From NCBI GenBank assembly GCA_051294375.1, contig CM119263.1, positions 14,648,414 through 14,712,413 of the forward strand: DNA of 64,000 bases, written 5' to 3'. This DNA is from Paraspadella gotoi. Its lineage: Eukaryota; Animalia; Chaetognatha. A program made the translations under genes and the position numbers. Positions 20,401 to 64,000 of the stretch are shown here, piece after piece. The number at the start of each line of letters is the position of its first letter. Position 1 is the stretch's first letter. The notes beneath the pieces were generated by a model. It did not search any database, was not told the origin of the DNA, and was given only the letters and a program-made list of their open reading frames with translations.

Positions 20401-22505
20401 TCTCTTCACTATCCTATGGCTAATAAACATACCATCAAAGTCAATATTTTTTTCCATATATTTTTATATCTGTAAATAAAGATTAACAGTAATATTTTAA
20501 ATCTTATGTTTCATTAAAATTAAACCAAGCGTTAAATAATAATAACCTAAAAACCTGTCAAATTTGTCCTTACTTTTTCCACAGGTCTATCTCAATATGG
20601 TGGATCAAAAATTTTAATTGATTTATATGAAAACTGGAGTAAAACCGTATAAACCGTATAAAAAAATTGACTAGCAGTTGAGACAATGCGCTATCAGAAT
20701 CTCTCATTTCTAAGACTAAGTAGATTTTCCAATCGGATTAAGTAATTATAGCCTAAATATTTTTGGTAGTCAATTTTGTACGAAATTGAACAAAAATGTC
20801 GAATCTTTTTCACAAGGAAAATCGACTTCTAACTAACAATATCCATATCTAATTACCATTAACTGTTCTAAGGAGGGGTTTTAAAGGGGGAGTTTTTATT
20901 AAAATATTGATGGCCTAGGGTAAATCGTCTCTGAGCTAATCTGAGCTAATCTTTCAGAAGCGGTTTTTGAACAATGAAGAGCAGCTGTGATTCTTTTGGG
21001 TGCTATGGCAGGAGCAGTTTTTGCACCAGTGCTTGTCGCATTGCATAAATAGTTAGAACAAGGTCTGTCTTAGTATTTTCAATTAATTTTTTTTCCTGTC
21101 CCAAAAAATGGATAAATAGATAAATAGATTTACCATCTTGGAAAATGGATAAGTTACCAAAACCTTTAACCAATTTTTGACCCTTTTAATCCTAAAATCG
21201 TACGGGAAAAATTATATATATCTGAAAAAAATGTAGCTTTTTGTAATTCGAAAGAGCTATTAAAAAGCAGGCTTTAAACGATAATCTGGCCTTTTCAATT
21301 TTTATAACAATTTTCCAGAAACAATAATTTATCATATATTATCATTGCATTATTATTATTATTTATTATTATCTTATATTATTTTTGTATCATTAAATTA
21401 AAAGCTACAAAAATTACTGAAATTAAAAAAAGTTTTGGCAACTTATTCATTTTCCAAGATTGTAAATTAAGAAAATTAAAAATAGAATATAAACTAGAAA
21501 TATTATATAGAATAAAACTTTAAAAAAACATGTAATAATAATTTTAGATAATGAAAATTTAAAATAATTAATCAAGAAATTTTGAAATTTTGAAATTTTC
21601 ATAACATAAATATTATTTACAATTATAAAATAGAACCTTTGATGTAAAGATTCGCGTGCTTAATGTCTTCTCCAGATGGCCGAGCCAGCGCAACTTTAAT
21701 TTGCTTGTTTTGAATTTGTTTTCCGTTGAGGGTCTTTGACATAAATAATTTAATTGACCGTATATGCTGATCAATAACTAGAAGTAATGTGGTTTTAGAT
21801 CTAACATTACCGCAATTGCTTTATGTGCATCCTGCGTCTTAACGTAATTTACGAATCCGTATCCGAACGAATACCCTGTCCTTTTGTCGCGCATTATGCG
21901 ACAGCTATAAATGGGGCCAATGTTTGTGAACATCAAACGGAAATCCTGTAATGTGTATGAATCTATTTTCAAAATTTATGCGAAATGAAAGCAATTAAAG
22001 TCAGGCTTACGTCATCGGTCAACGTTTGGGGCAAGTAATTGACGATCAGGTTTGTTTGCGGCTCGACGGGGCCTTGGGGCGTGTTGAGCATGTGTCGTGA
22101 AGGTCCGGACGCCATGAGTTCCATCGCGAAATCGGGAGACCTACGGACGGGCCCGAGGTAGAGTGAGCTCGGGGTCCTAAGGTTTAATTCATTTTTTGTT
22201 TTGTTATTTTTCGAGTTTCTACGCCTTTAGGCGCCAGAAAAGAAACAAACTTGCCTGGGAATCGTCGCCTCGGGGGGATATCCTTCCCCATCTTTGTTCG
22301 GGTCGCCCTGTCCAATCTCCTCGAACGAGCTCGTCACTGTCTCTTTGTCTTTATCTAAAACCGACAACCGAAAGCCCGTTGGTATTTCGTCTCCCTTATG
22401 TTCACTTCATTTTTCACGTCGTTTACAACCTCGTCGTGGACTTTTGTCTGCGTCGCCTCCGCCGTTTTGGTCCGCCAAAACGCTGTTGCTCACGTTCACG
22501 GACAT
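17422..22505 (-). CDS. ELAV/Hu-Sex-lethal family RNA-binding protein with 3 RRMs (ELAV2/Sxl-like); exons 22505-22430, 22354-22255, 22176-22011, 21945-21811, 21733-21637, 18746-18617, 18551-~18400, 18334-18136, 18062-17992, 17886-17818, 17749-17643, 17574-17422
   Basis: [14 protein letters not shown]|[34 protein letters not shown]...[20 protein letters not shown]|GVP...[26 protein letters not shown]; RRM3 VLFVYNIG...LWSLFQPYG...KGFGFVTM...[12 protein letters not shown]. The N-terminal and linker exons are less certain. Confidence 0.9.
19117..19423. mobile_element. Possible TA-flanked MITE (imperfect TIR CAGTG(T/G)TGGGA) enclosing a truncated family-A TRIM fragment (19150-19390)
   Basis: TA|CAGTGTTGGGA at 19115-19127 and TCCCACCACTG|TA at 19413-19425. 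The interior matches the internal region, PPT and partial LTR of the element at 19775-20408. Confidence 0.45.
19775..20408 (+). mobile_element. Complete miniature LTR retrotransposon (TRIM, family A, Helenus-like): 5' LTR 19775-20006, PBS ~20008-20020, internal region, PPT ~20169-20179, 3' LTR 20182-20408; tRNA-like core in each LTR
   Basis: Two ~230-bp direct repeats (TATG...TCTCTTCA); TGGTGAGCCCAAC one base after the 5' LTR; GGGAGGGGGGA just before the 3' LTR; flanks TTAT/CTAT (4-bp TSD, 1 mismatch). Confidence 0.88.
21133..21462. mobile_element. MITE with ~31-bp terminal inverted repeats and TA target duplication (Tc1/mariner-type)
   Basis: Left TA|CCATCTTGGAAAATGGATAAGTTACCAAAAC; right reverse-complemented TA|CAATCTTGGAAAATGAATAAGTTGCCAAAAC (3 mismatches). 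Confidence 0.8.
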
Positions 22506-23337
22506 GTCACTGGGTTGAGAACTACTTTGATTATCAGAGGCGTTTTCCATTAAAATAAGCAAAAGGAAAAACCGAAAATAAAAACTCGATTTATCATTGA
22601 AAAGATAGAAGAAATCGAAAAAATAATTGAGGCTTTTTCTGGACGGAAAAAAACCTTCAGATGGGTAAAAGGAAAAAGTGAAGCCCTAGTTGATGTTTGT
22701 TGCTCGTTACTAAGAGGATTTCAAAAGAGTTAACGCAAGTAACGGAGCTATCTTTAAGAAAGGGATCATGTTGTTTACCGTCATAGTTATAAACCTTAGG
22801 ATTTTTTACTTTAATAATCAGTTTATTAACATTCAACGGTACGCAAAGAAATAATTTTATGAAATGCGATGTAAAAAATCATCCACCTACTTAATTCCCA
22901 GGGAACTACGAAAATCAAAATGGGTATATAGAAAAGATTATTATTAAGTAATGGAACGATTTAAACTAGTCTTACTTTATATTGTCTTAAAGTATATTAT
23001 ACACATTAAATATAATTTAAAATTCGTAATATGAAATAAGTTTCGAATCTCGAAGAATAAAACAGCAGTGGTATCACCGAATGTAAATCAATAGGGAAAC
23101 GTAAAATAATCTGAGGGGAGGGGTTAAATTCAAACTAGCTGGGGGCTCTCAATGATGAGGCCATGAAATAAGACCCTATATTGTTTAAGTATCTTTACGT
23201 TCTTGCAAGAAGCGTCGTAAAAACCGGCATCATACGCCAACTGCGAGCCTTCTATCTCCTTGAGCGGAATTAGTCTTTCAAAAAGTATGAGCTGTTTTGG
23301 CGGTCGGCGAACTTTTTTTCGTTTTCGTGTTGAATCG

Positions 23338-23340
<3 letters not shown>

Positions 23341-23427
<87 letters not shown>
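23341..23427 (+). repeat. (CT)n microsatellite; one of many AG/CT tracts (e.g. 893-937, 9902-9990, 53393-53479)
   Basis: Perfect dinucleotide run. Confidence 0.95.
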
Positions 23428-23431
<4 letters not shown>

Positions 23432-23474
23432 TCTTCTATTTCTGACCCATGAGAAAAGAAACATGTTATATTTT

Positions 23475-23487
23475 GTTGCCAGGCAAT
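23475..23487 (+). promoter_or_regulatory. X-box-like (RFX) motif upstream of the ciliary CCDC63/114 gene
   Basis: GTTGCCAGGCAAT versus consensus GTNRCC(N0-3)RGYAAC (1 mismatch), ~350 bp upstream of the ATG, within the 1.3-kb divergent intergenic region. Confidence 0.45.
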
Positions 23488-23831
23488 TCATTCGGACTTA
23501 GCTGTGCTTGGAAAAAGTAAAATTTTACGTGTTTTATAATTAATGCGTTATTAAAAAACTTAAAGCTATCTTTGAGGCATAGAGTCTTTTAAAACTATCA
23601 ACCAATCAACGCGGGCTCGATGCTGTAGGACTTAAAAAATCGACTATTTCAGGTAAAGATTTCGTAATTCAGATTATGTTATTTCACCAGCTGGACCGTG
23701 TATGAAAACCAAATAATTGGAACGATATTAAGTCATAAAAATGTACTCCTGTGTTCCGCTTCATCGTTATTTCAGGACAGTTTTTCGGCGATTTACAAGA
23801 GTTTGGTCTTGTTTAACATCTACTTCACAAG

Positions 23832-56186
<32,355 letters not shown>

Positions 56187-57190
56187 TGGACGCTGGACCG
56201 CTGTTGGTTGGGAGGGAGTGTTCCCGAGTATTTGTCATTTTCTGGATTGTAGTATATGGATTTTTAAAAAAAAATTATACAGATTTTTTTCTTTATTTAT
56301 CTGTCTCTCTAATTCTTTCTCTCTCTCTGTCTCTCTCTATCTCTCTCTCTCTCTCCATTTTCTTTATCCATGTCAATACTATAGTTCTTTCTATCTATTA
56401 ATTACCTGGCTGAAATAATAATTGATAACAATATGACTTTATGAATAAATGATTCATTTAAATTGTTTTTTTTTAATCATGGTTCATGTAATGATGTATA
56501 TTGTATAATGGATAGTTAACGACGTAATTTTTTTTTCGTCTTTGAGGGATCAATTGAAGCTGAAATGAAAATATGGTTTTTGAAAGAATTAGTCAGTTAT
56601 TCTAAACCTAGTGGAATTAAATTAATATGAAAAATACCTGTTCTTTAAATCCGCTAAACTTTTAATGCAATATCATCATCGCAAAGATCTTTTGTTCGTT
56701 CTCCTCTCTCTCTTAATCCGTCAACTACCTGTTTCAACACATTGGCCTCACCCAAGGAGCTGCTGCAAACCCGACAGCCGCTGCGACTGCGGAGATCGCT
56801 GCTGTCGCAGGTAAGTGTCAGTCCGCTGCGCAACGACAACGGAAAAGAAGGTGAGTCACCTCCTGGCAACTTCTGGATATCGAGAGAAGAGAATCCAGTT
56901 TTTCATTCAACTGTACTCCATAAAAAAATAAAAAGGTATTTTTAGACACGCGATCGCATTCTTCCCCGATTTTCTGCCTCGTAATCCAAACTTGGTTCCA
57001 CGAAGATTCCATCCCGAGCGAATTCCTCTCGCTCTTTTCATTCCGTCTTCTTCTACGCTCGCGTACGTCTCGGGAGTGTGTCGTGTCTCGCGGCGACATT
57101 CACGACGCCACTCGCACCTGGCGAAAAAGCTCATCGTTGCCCGACCTCGATCCGGTCTCCCGCTACTCATCCCATTCAATTCCCGACGAC

Positions 57191-59201
57191 ATGGCGGTCA
57201 AGACGACGACAACCATGGGCGTCGCCATCGCCGTCGTCGTCGTCATTGCCATCTTCAGCGCCTGCTTGGCCATGGCCTCGCCCTACTGGATCCAGCGACG
57301 GGAGCTCTCCGGGAACACGGTGACCAACACGGGAATCTGGGAGATCTGCTTCCTCAAACACGCCATCCCCAAGCAGTATCAAAACGACAAGATCTACAAC
57401 GGGTGCTACATGTTCTACGGAAAGGCATTCGCTAACGAGCGTTCCTACTTTACGCCGTGTAAGGGCGAGGGAAAGAGAGTGGGTGGATAATACGGTTGGA
57501 TTAATGGAGTCATTCTCCCAATCTATATTTACATAGAATTAAACGAAAGTTTGATGTCACAACTTAAATAAACAACCCCCTCTCGCTCTCTGGACAGGGT
57601 GGCTCATCGGCTGTCAGGTTGCCATGACAATGGGATTTTTGGGAACGATCCTCTCCGGCATCCTTCTCCTGGTCTACTTTCTCTGCATCGCCAAGAAGAA
57701 TTATTGGCACGTTCTCACCGCACTCGCCATTGTGCTTTTCCCGACTGGTAAGTAAAAAATTTCTCTGCAACTGCAGCTGTGACAGCTACCTAATTTTTTT
57801 GTTATTAAATCGGTAAGTATGGTGGACTAAAATCCACCAACCGTTCATCAGTGGCCATTGGTGCCGGAGGCAAGTCATTCGCCTCCCAACCCAAAGGTCC
57901 AAGGTTCTAACCCGGTGGCCGCCTAGCAGTTAAGAGGGATGGGGCTCTTAACCCACCTTTAACATGGTGTTACAGCCTGATCCGAAGCTCAGGGACTGCT
58001 TATATTGAACTGTTCTGTCACTAACTCTTAACATTAATTACTGTCTCTTCATAAGTTTTAAATATGAGGAACGCGACCCCTCGCTCTTACCTCCTTCGGG
58101 TGAGTTAATATAACACATTAGCTTTTTTCTTTTCCTCGTAAGTTACTCGACCTTTTAACTTTTCCCGCCATTTCTTCAATCTTCCTTTTCCTCATTTCGC
58201 CTCGAACTCCCATTACAATGTCCCCCCCCGACCCAACCAGCGCCATTTTCCCATCCGCCATCGTCTCCGTTTAAAAGTCGCCATTGTCCTCTTCGTCGAA
58301 ATACATAATCCTCGAGGGACGTTGCCCATAGTTCTCGGGATCGTTACCCTTCCATTCCCTCAAGACGAGTTTCCCCGGGTCATCGACATTGTTCTCGTTC
58401 CCGAGGGGCGCGTCGTTCAATTAAGGTCGAGACCCCTTAAGACTGGGAAGGGCGTCGCGAACGAGAGACCCCGACAGTAAAGTTCGGAATTCGGTCGGAG
58501 GCGACGGCGAGTGAGCGGCAATAACGGTGGCCGAATGGCGAAAAACCTTTTTTTTTTGGTGGGGGGGTTGGAGAAATGTTTTTGAGGTGATCGCAGATTA
58601 GCAGAGGCCTTCTAGGGGTTGTACCTTAACAGTTAACTATATTTCTATTGTAATATAGAGGAATGACCAATGCCCAAAATATTTTCTTTTGAAAAAATCC
58701 TCGATTCTTTTCAATCGTCAACATTTTATACATCCTATTCAATACTATACAGATACGAATCCGGCTCTCAAATTTTAGCATGTTTTTCTTTTGCTCTTTT
58801 CATGATCCGTCGATTGGCCAATGGTCATCGTTGGCGCCGTTAAGAGATGGCCAACAGTCATTGGCTATTCCTGGCGTCATTTGGCCGCAGACATCCGCCT
58901 TTTGATCTCTCTCCATTTTCCATTCCGAGACTTTCTTAGCGATAATCGTTATTAGGGTCGAAAATTATTCGGAAGTTATTTTTCTGTTGGGAAACATTTG
59001 GGCGGAACACACTTTTTCCTGAACTACCTCGTCAAAAGACGAACCTCTCTCACCTCAAGATCCCCTTAGTTCAAGAAGAGAGCATTCGTGCTTCGGTTCA
59101 TGGTCGAAATATTCGCATATAATAAAACTGAAGGCGAAAATACTAGGAAAGGATAATGAAAATAGATCGCGAAAGAAAGAATGAAGAAAGAAGAAAAAGA
59201 A

Positions 59202-59251
<50 letters not shown>

Positions 59252-61169
59252 CAAAATAAAAGAAAATGAGCGAGAAGGTACATACATACGTTGGAGAGAG
59301 AAGAGAAGAGAGAGTGTCGAGCCAGAGCCCCCATCAATCAGCGAAAACAAAGAAAGTTGAGAGGAAAGAAAGAAGAGAAAAGAAAAGAAAACGAAAACGA
59401 TTTTTTGTGTTCAAAATGAAAACAATAACAAAACAACAACGTCGACTTGAACTTTATGAGACGGGAAAACAAACGGATGGGGCTCCAGTTCCATCATGCA
59501 GACAAAGAAGGAAGACACTCGCCTGTCTATTTNNNNNNNNNNNNNNNNNNNNNNNNNNNNNNNNNNNNNNNNNNNNNNNNNNNNNNNNNNNNNNNNNNNN
59601 NNNNNNNNNNNNNNNNNNNNNNNNNNNNNNNNNNNNNNNNNNNNNNNNNNNNNNGCCGCCGCCGACAACGTCGCGACAGCTGTCCTTTCGAATCAATTTT
59701 TCTCTTTTATTCTGATTTCCCACAGGCTATGATTCCATATCAATTTTTCTTTTTTCTCTCCAGATCTTTTTTTCTTTCTGTTCTCAACCCTTTCTGCCCT
59801 TTCTTCTTTTTTTCGGGGACGAGGTGAGGAGGAGAAGGCGGAAAGGTGAGGCGCAGGAGGATAAGGTGAAGGAGGATTGATGTGCTGCGGCGAAGGGTAG
59901 AAGTAGGTTACGTGAGGAAGGAAAGGATAAAGAAAATGGAAAGGTAAGGAGATTAGGAGTGAAAGAGTAAAAGAGTATAAGAGAAACAGGTTTTGGGAAA
60001 GGTTGAGAATAGAGGAGTAAAATGCCGAAGGAACAAATTGAAAAAAAAAAGAGGTGTGAGGTGAGAAAAGGAAAATCAGTTGAGGCGAGGCAAGAAGGAG
60101 AGGGCCGAAGAAAGGTGAGTTGAAGGAAAGGGCAAAGGTGAGAATTTTGTGACCTTCGTTTTCTTTTCTTCGCTCAACTAAAACGTGAAAAAAAAGGATT
60201 TTTATAATTCGTTGTCGACGCGTATTTAATATTGATGAGAACCTATTTAAATTCAATAAGAGGAAAGGAAAGAAAGGGGAAAAAAAAAAAAAAAACTGAT
60301 TTCGTTAAATCTGAGTCTCTTATGCAGATGCATTTAAATGGCCGAGTGGCACCATCTAACGCCTTGTTCATTTCTCCCCGAATCTGAAAAAAAAAAGTTG
60401 GCGAGCCATCAAAAAAAGAAGGTCCCATCAATGGAATTAAGAAAAAAACACGGAAAGACAGGAAAACGTACCCAAGGTCGCATCCAAAAACGGGTTGAAA
60501 GATGAGGAAAGCTGCCTTTGCAAAGCCTTTTTCACCTTCGCGCAGTCTTGCAGACTCTCTCTCTCTCTCGCTCTTCTCTCTCTCTTCTCTCTCTCTCCTC
60601 TACTCTCTCTCTCCCTCTCTCTCATTCTCTCTCCTTTCTCATCTTCTCTCTCTCTCTTTCTCTCTCTTTCTCTCCTCTTGGTCGAGCGAGAGGTTGCGAA
60701 AGAATTGCTTGGCCGCCTCTTTCTCTTGCTTGGCTGCGTCACGGGTATGCGCATAGTCTGCCTTGGGTGCGGCCTTGGAGGAATTTGGCGAAGAGTGGGT
60801 TTTCGGGTAAGGCGGGTAATGGTAGGTGTCTAGTGTCTACCGTCTACCTACCCGTCTACCGTCTACCTGTCTGCCGTCCATCGTTTGAGCGAATGTGGTT
60901 TTTGTGAAAAATGATTTTGCGTAAATGTTCATCTGCTCGTCGTTTTAGAAGACCTTTATCAGACATGATCTTGGAATGGGAGGCGTCGCAATGAATTAAA
61001 TGAACCGAAATCCAAAAATCCAATGATTGATGCTGCAATTGCCGCATTTCAATCTGATATTTTTCTCAAATGGACCAAGAATCAAACTAAGAAAATAAAA
61101 ATACCAACAAACCGACAATGAAACTAATATCTCACCTCCCATTTCTCTTCCCAGGCGGCCTCATCCTCG
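57191..61169 (+). CDS. Invertebrate claudin-like (PMP22/claudin superfamily) tetraspan protein, partial; exons 57191-57458, 57598-57747, 61155-gap
   Basis: TM1 then MASPYW...NTGIWEICF...YNGC (W-GLW-C-C signature), FTP|WWLIGCQVAMTMGF (TM2) and a third hydrophobic segment. Phase-1 GT-AG introns; the rest is lost in the gap or not recognised. Confidence 0.82.
57818..58051 (+). mobile_element. Family-A solo LTR with a perfect 4-bp TSD (TAAG) in claudin intron 2
   Basis: TAAG|TATGGTGGACTAAAATCCACC...CTGTCTCTTCA|TAAG; highly similar to both LTRs at 19775-20408. Confidence 0.9.
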
Positions 61170-61325
61170 NNNNNNNNNNNNNNNNNNNNNNNNNGGGGCT
61201 AATAATATTTACCCACGGGACTTCTCGGGGCTCTCGGCTTCCGCTTCTCGGCTTCTACAACACTTCTAGCGGCATACATTCTCGGGGAACCTCCGGGTAG
61301 AAAAATTGGGAACAATGGGAAAGAC

Positions 61326-61377
<52 letters not shown>

Positions 61378-64000
61378 AGAGGAGAAAGAGCAGAGAAGAA
61401 GAGAGAGAGAGAGAAGTCAAAGAGAGAAAAGGAGAAGAATGAAAAAGAAAAAAAGGAGCATGCTTTTCATTTATCCTTCTCTTCGACGACCGACGGAAAG
61501 GGGGAGAATGTAGGAATGTTGAAGATAATGGAGGCAGAATTAAATTGACCACCTTGTATCGCAAATAAAGCAAAAAGCAAAACCGGGGATGGATTGGAAT
61601 GAAGCTCTTATTTGATTCCCGGGGAAACCCGCGTCTTTGTGTAACGAAGCCAAAATCGAAGTGTTTCGGAACGAGAAAATTTCTCATAATTTTTCACCAT
61701 AAACACTCGGTTGCTTACAACTTAGAAAAAAGAAATTGATGAGCTTTTCGTCTTAAGTCATCCGCTCAAGTAGGTAAGAGAAGGCAGGGCGATCCATTAC
61801 TGGCGTGAATAAAAAAAAATAAGATTCTTAAATTCACTTTTCGCTGGACTACACTTATGGTTTTAGATATGTCGCTCATCGGCGCGCTTAAGAAAAAATC
61901 CGGAAAGAACAAGCGGTTTCTGATCAATTTTGGTCTTCTCGCAATTGTTTGCCAACAAGACCAGAGCGACAAGTCCAATATACGATCAGCAAAACCATGG
62001 GAAATGTTAAAAACGTCGGGGCAAGGGTTTGGGAGACTAGCTCAAAGACGGCCCGGGCGGAAACACAGAGAAAGTCGCAATATAACAGCGGTCTGTGGGA
62101 CTAGAAAAAATCTGAAAATAAAACCGACGTTGAGGCGGGGAAAAACTGCGAGGCGCTTAGTGCCTGAATCCTTTTGTAATTTTTTCTTTAAATTTTGCGA
62201 TAGTTTTACTGTAGTGAGTCAAAATAAATATCCAGCAGTGTCACTCGGCACTGATCCGATCTGTAGGGTCTGTACCAATAACCTTCAGAGCACATTAACT
62301 GAAAAGAAATAATTACTCATAGTAAGAAATAATAGACAATTAAATCCATGTTTTCTAAAAATTATTTAATTGTCATTTTTGTTCTACTTGTTTTGCTCCA
62401 CCAGATGGGCCTTTTAAAAAATTAATAAAAATAAAAGATTAGCTTAATGCTACAATGTCTTGGTACAATTTCGTTGCGTAAACACAAAGAAATTCATTTA
62501 TAGATCATGAGTATCATTAATTGAGTCTTGAAATAACTTTTTCTGTGCATTTATACGAACCAGCCTTTTACCATTGTAAAGATCTTGTATTATAATAAAA
62601 AAATAAAAAACAACAATTTTTACCATAAACAGCTACATGCATTAAGCGTGGGTTATTAAAAGAGTGTGTGGCTTTTTAATAAAAAAAAACTGTTAATATT
62701 AATTATAGAAAGCTTAAACGCGGGCCCCAATTTTGTAAAGGGTTTTATTTGTAACCTGGAAGATTAGAACAAGAATTTAAAAAAATCGATAATTATAACC
62801 TTTTAGCCCTCCTAAGTCAGTAAAAAGTTTTTTAAAATCACCCGGAACAAAAGTTTGGAAACTCAGCTAAATTTTTTTATTATTTAAAGTCACATGTTTT
62901 TTTTAACGTTTCTACATGAATTTTTATTTTTTTTTTGGTTTTCAAGCAAAAGACAAAAAATGATAAATTTAATTACTCCTTGAGTAATTAATATAAACAT
63001 TGAGGTAATAGGAAAGTTTTTGTTTATATCAGAAACATAATTCACTTCTCTTTCATATCTATATTGTATTTATTTTTTTTTTTAAATAGCCAGACACCAA
63101 GTGTGTTTAATTTAATTTCAAAGTTGTTATACTTTGACTAATAGGAATTCCGATCACAGTAAGTTTTAAAAATCGTTGTAAAAGAAATAATTTAAGAAAA
63201 ATTATATGAAAAAGAAGCCAAACACCATAATATGGCTTTAAAATACTGTGATAACCATTCACGAGAAGTCATTTTTGGTTCAAAAGTATCAAAAGAGAAA
63301 AAAACATTTTTTTATTAACCACAATAATTTAAGTCAGCTCGGCCGAAAGCTAAAATTTAAAGTGGAAACCAAAAAGAAAAATATATTAAAACGAACGCAG
63401 ATTGTTTAGAAAAAAATTGGGCGGGAAATGACCATGTTTTTGTAGATATTATTTTTTACAAACGCGTGGGGTCAATGTGAATTTGAAATGTTTAACATAA
63501 GCAATAAATATTGACAGATCATTTCCTATCAGTAAATGTAAATATTAAAGAACATTAATAAATGACCAGATAACTTGTCCTATCTACATGGTTTATATGA
63601 AAAAAAAATTTAAAGGCAAGTAAGGTGCCGGAACTCTAAGCAAGAAAATTAAGGGTCTCGGGTTTTCAACAACTCGACATGTATGTCTACCGCACACCTC
63701 AGCATTTAAATATTTTTTTTTTGTTTTATTTTTTCGTTTCCGTTTCTAATATGTCCCTTTTTTATCCCCCGGCTTACGGAAAGAAAAATAATGCGAAGCG
63801 AGGGAGGAACCCGAAGCCCTCCAACGAGAATACATGAAATGCGGCCCATCGCAACCCCACGAAGTGAAACTTCTGCCTTCGGAAGTGAACCGAGAATGCC
63901 CTGAAGTTGAGCAGCGCCGGGATCTATTCGGAAGGTCTAGAAAACCGGCGAAAGAATAATCGGCCTCTTTTCTCTAACTGTATCCCCCATGATTGAAGGC

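Noticed and set aside
60208-60220. miR-981/76-like TTCGTTGTCGACG
   Set aside because: The 3' half diverges and there is no complementary arm upstream.

Overview
Eukaryotic, invertebrate-animal genomic DNA (probably spiralian, inferred from an ELAV2/Sxl-like gene) from a draft scaffold with N gaps, many (AG)n tracts and error-laden duplicated segments. Left third, minus strand: a compact co-directional run of spliced genes, ELAV/Sxl-like -> ERCC2/XPD -> HINT1 -> hnRNP A/B -> CCT6 (truncated by the window edge). Plus strand, head-to-head with the ELAV-like gene: a CCDC63/CCDC114 (ODAD1-like) outer-dynein-arm docking gene (23832-56186), then an invertebrate claudin-like gene. The best discovery is a miniature LTR retroelement (TRIM; LTR-PBS-175 bp-PPT-LTR, 4-bp TSD) whose LTRs contain a tRNA-like Pol III module, resembling Helenus-type TRIMs. 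It occurs as one full element, solo LTRs and a second related family. Also notable: 2-3 non-GT splice donors in the ELAV-like gene, operon-like spacing of the housekeeping genes, an inverted CCDC63 exon, a 71-bp minisatellite and a decayed intronless ORF. The ~5-kb direct duplication and ~3-kb palindrome are probably assembly or amplification artefacts. Exon coordinates were derived by hand; no database searches were run.
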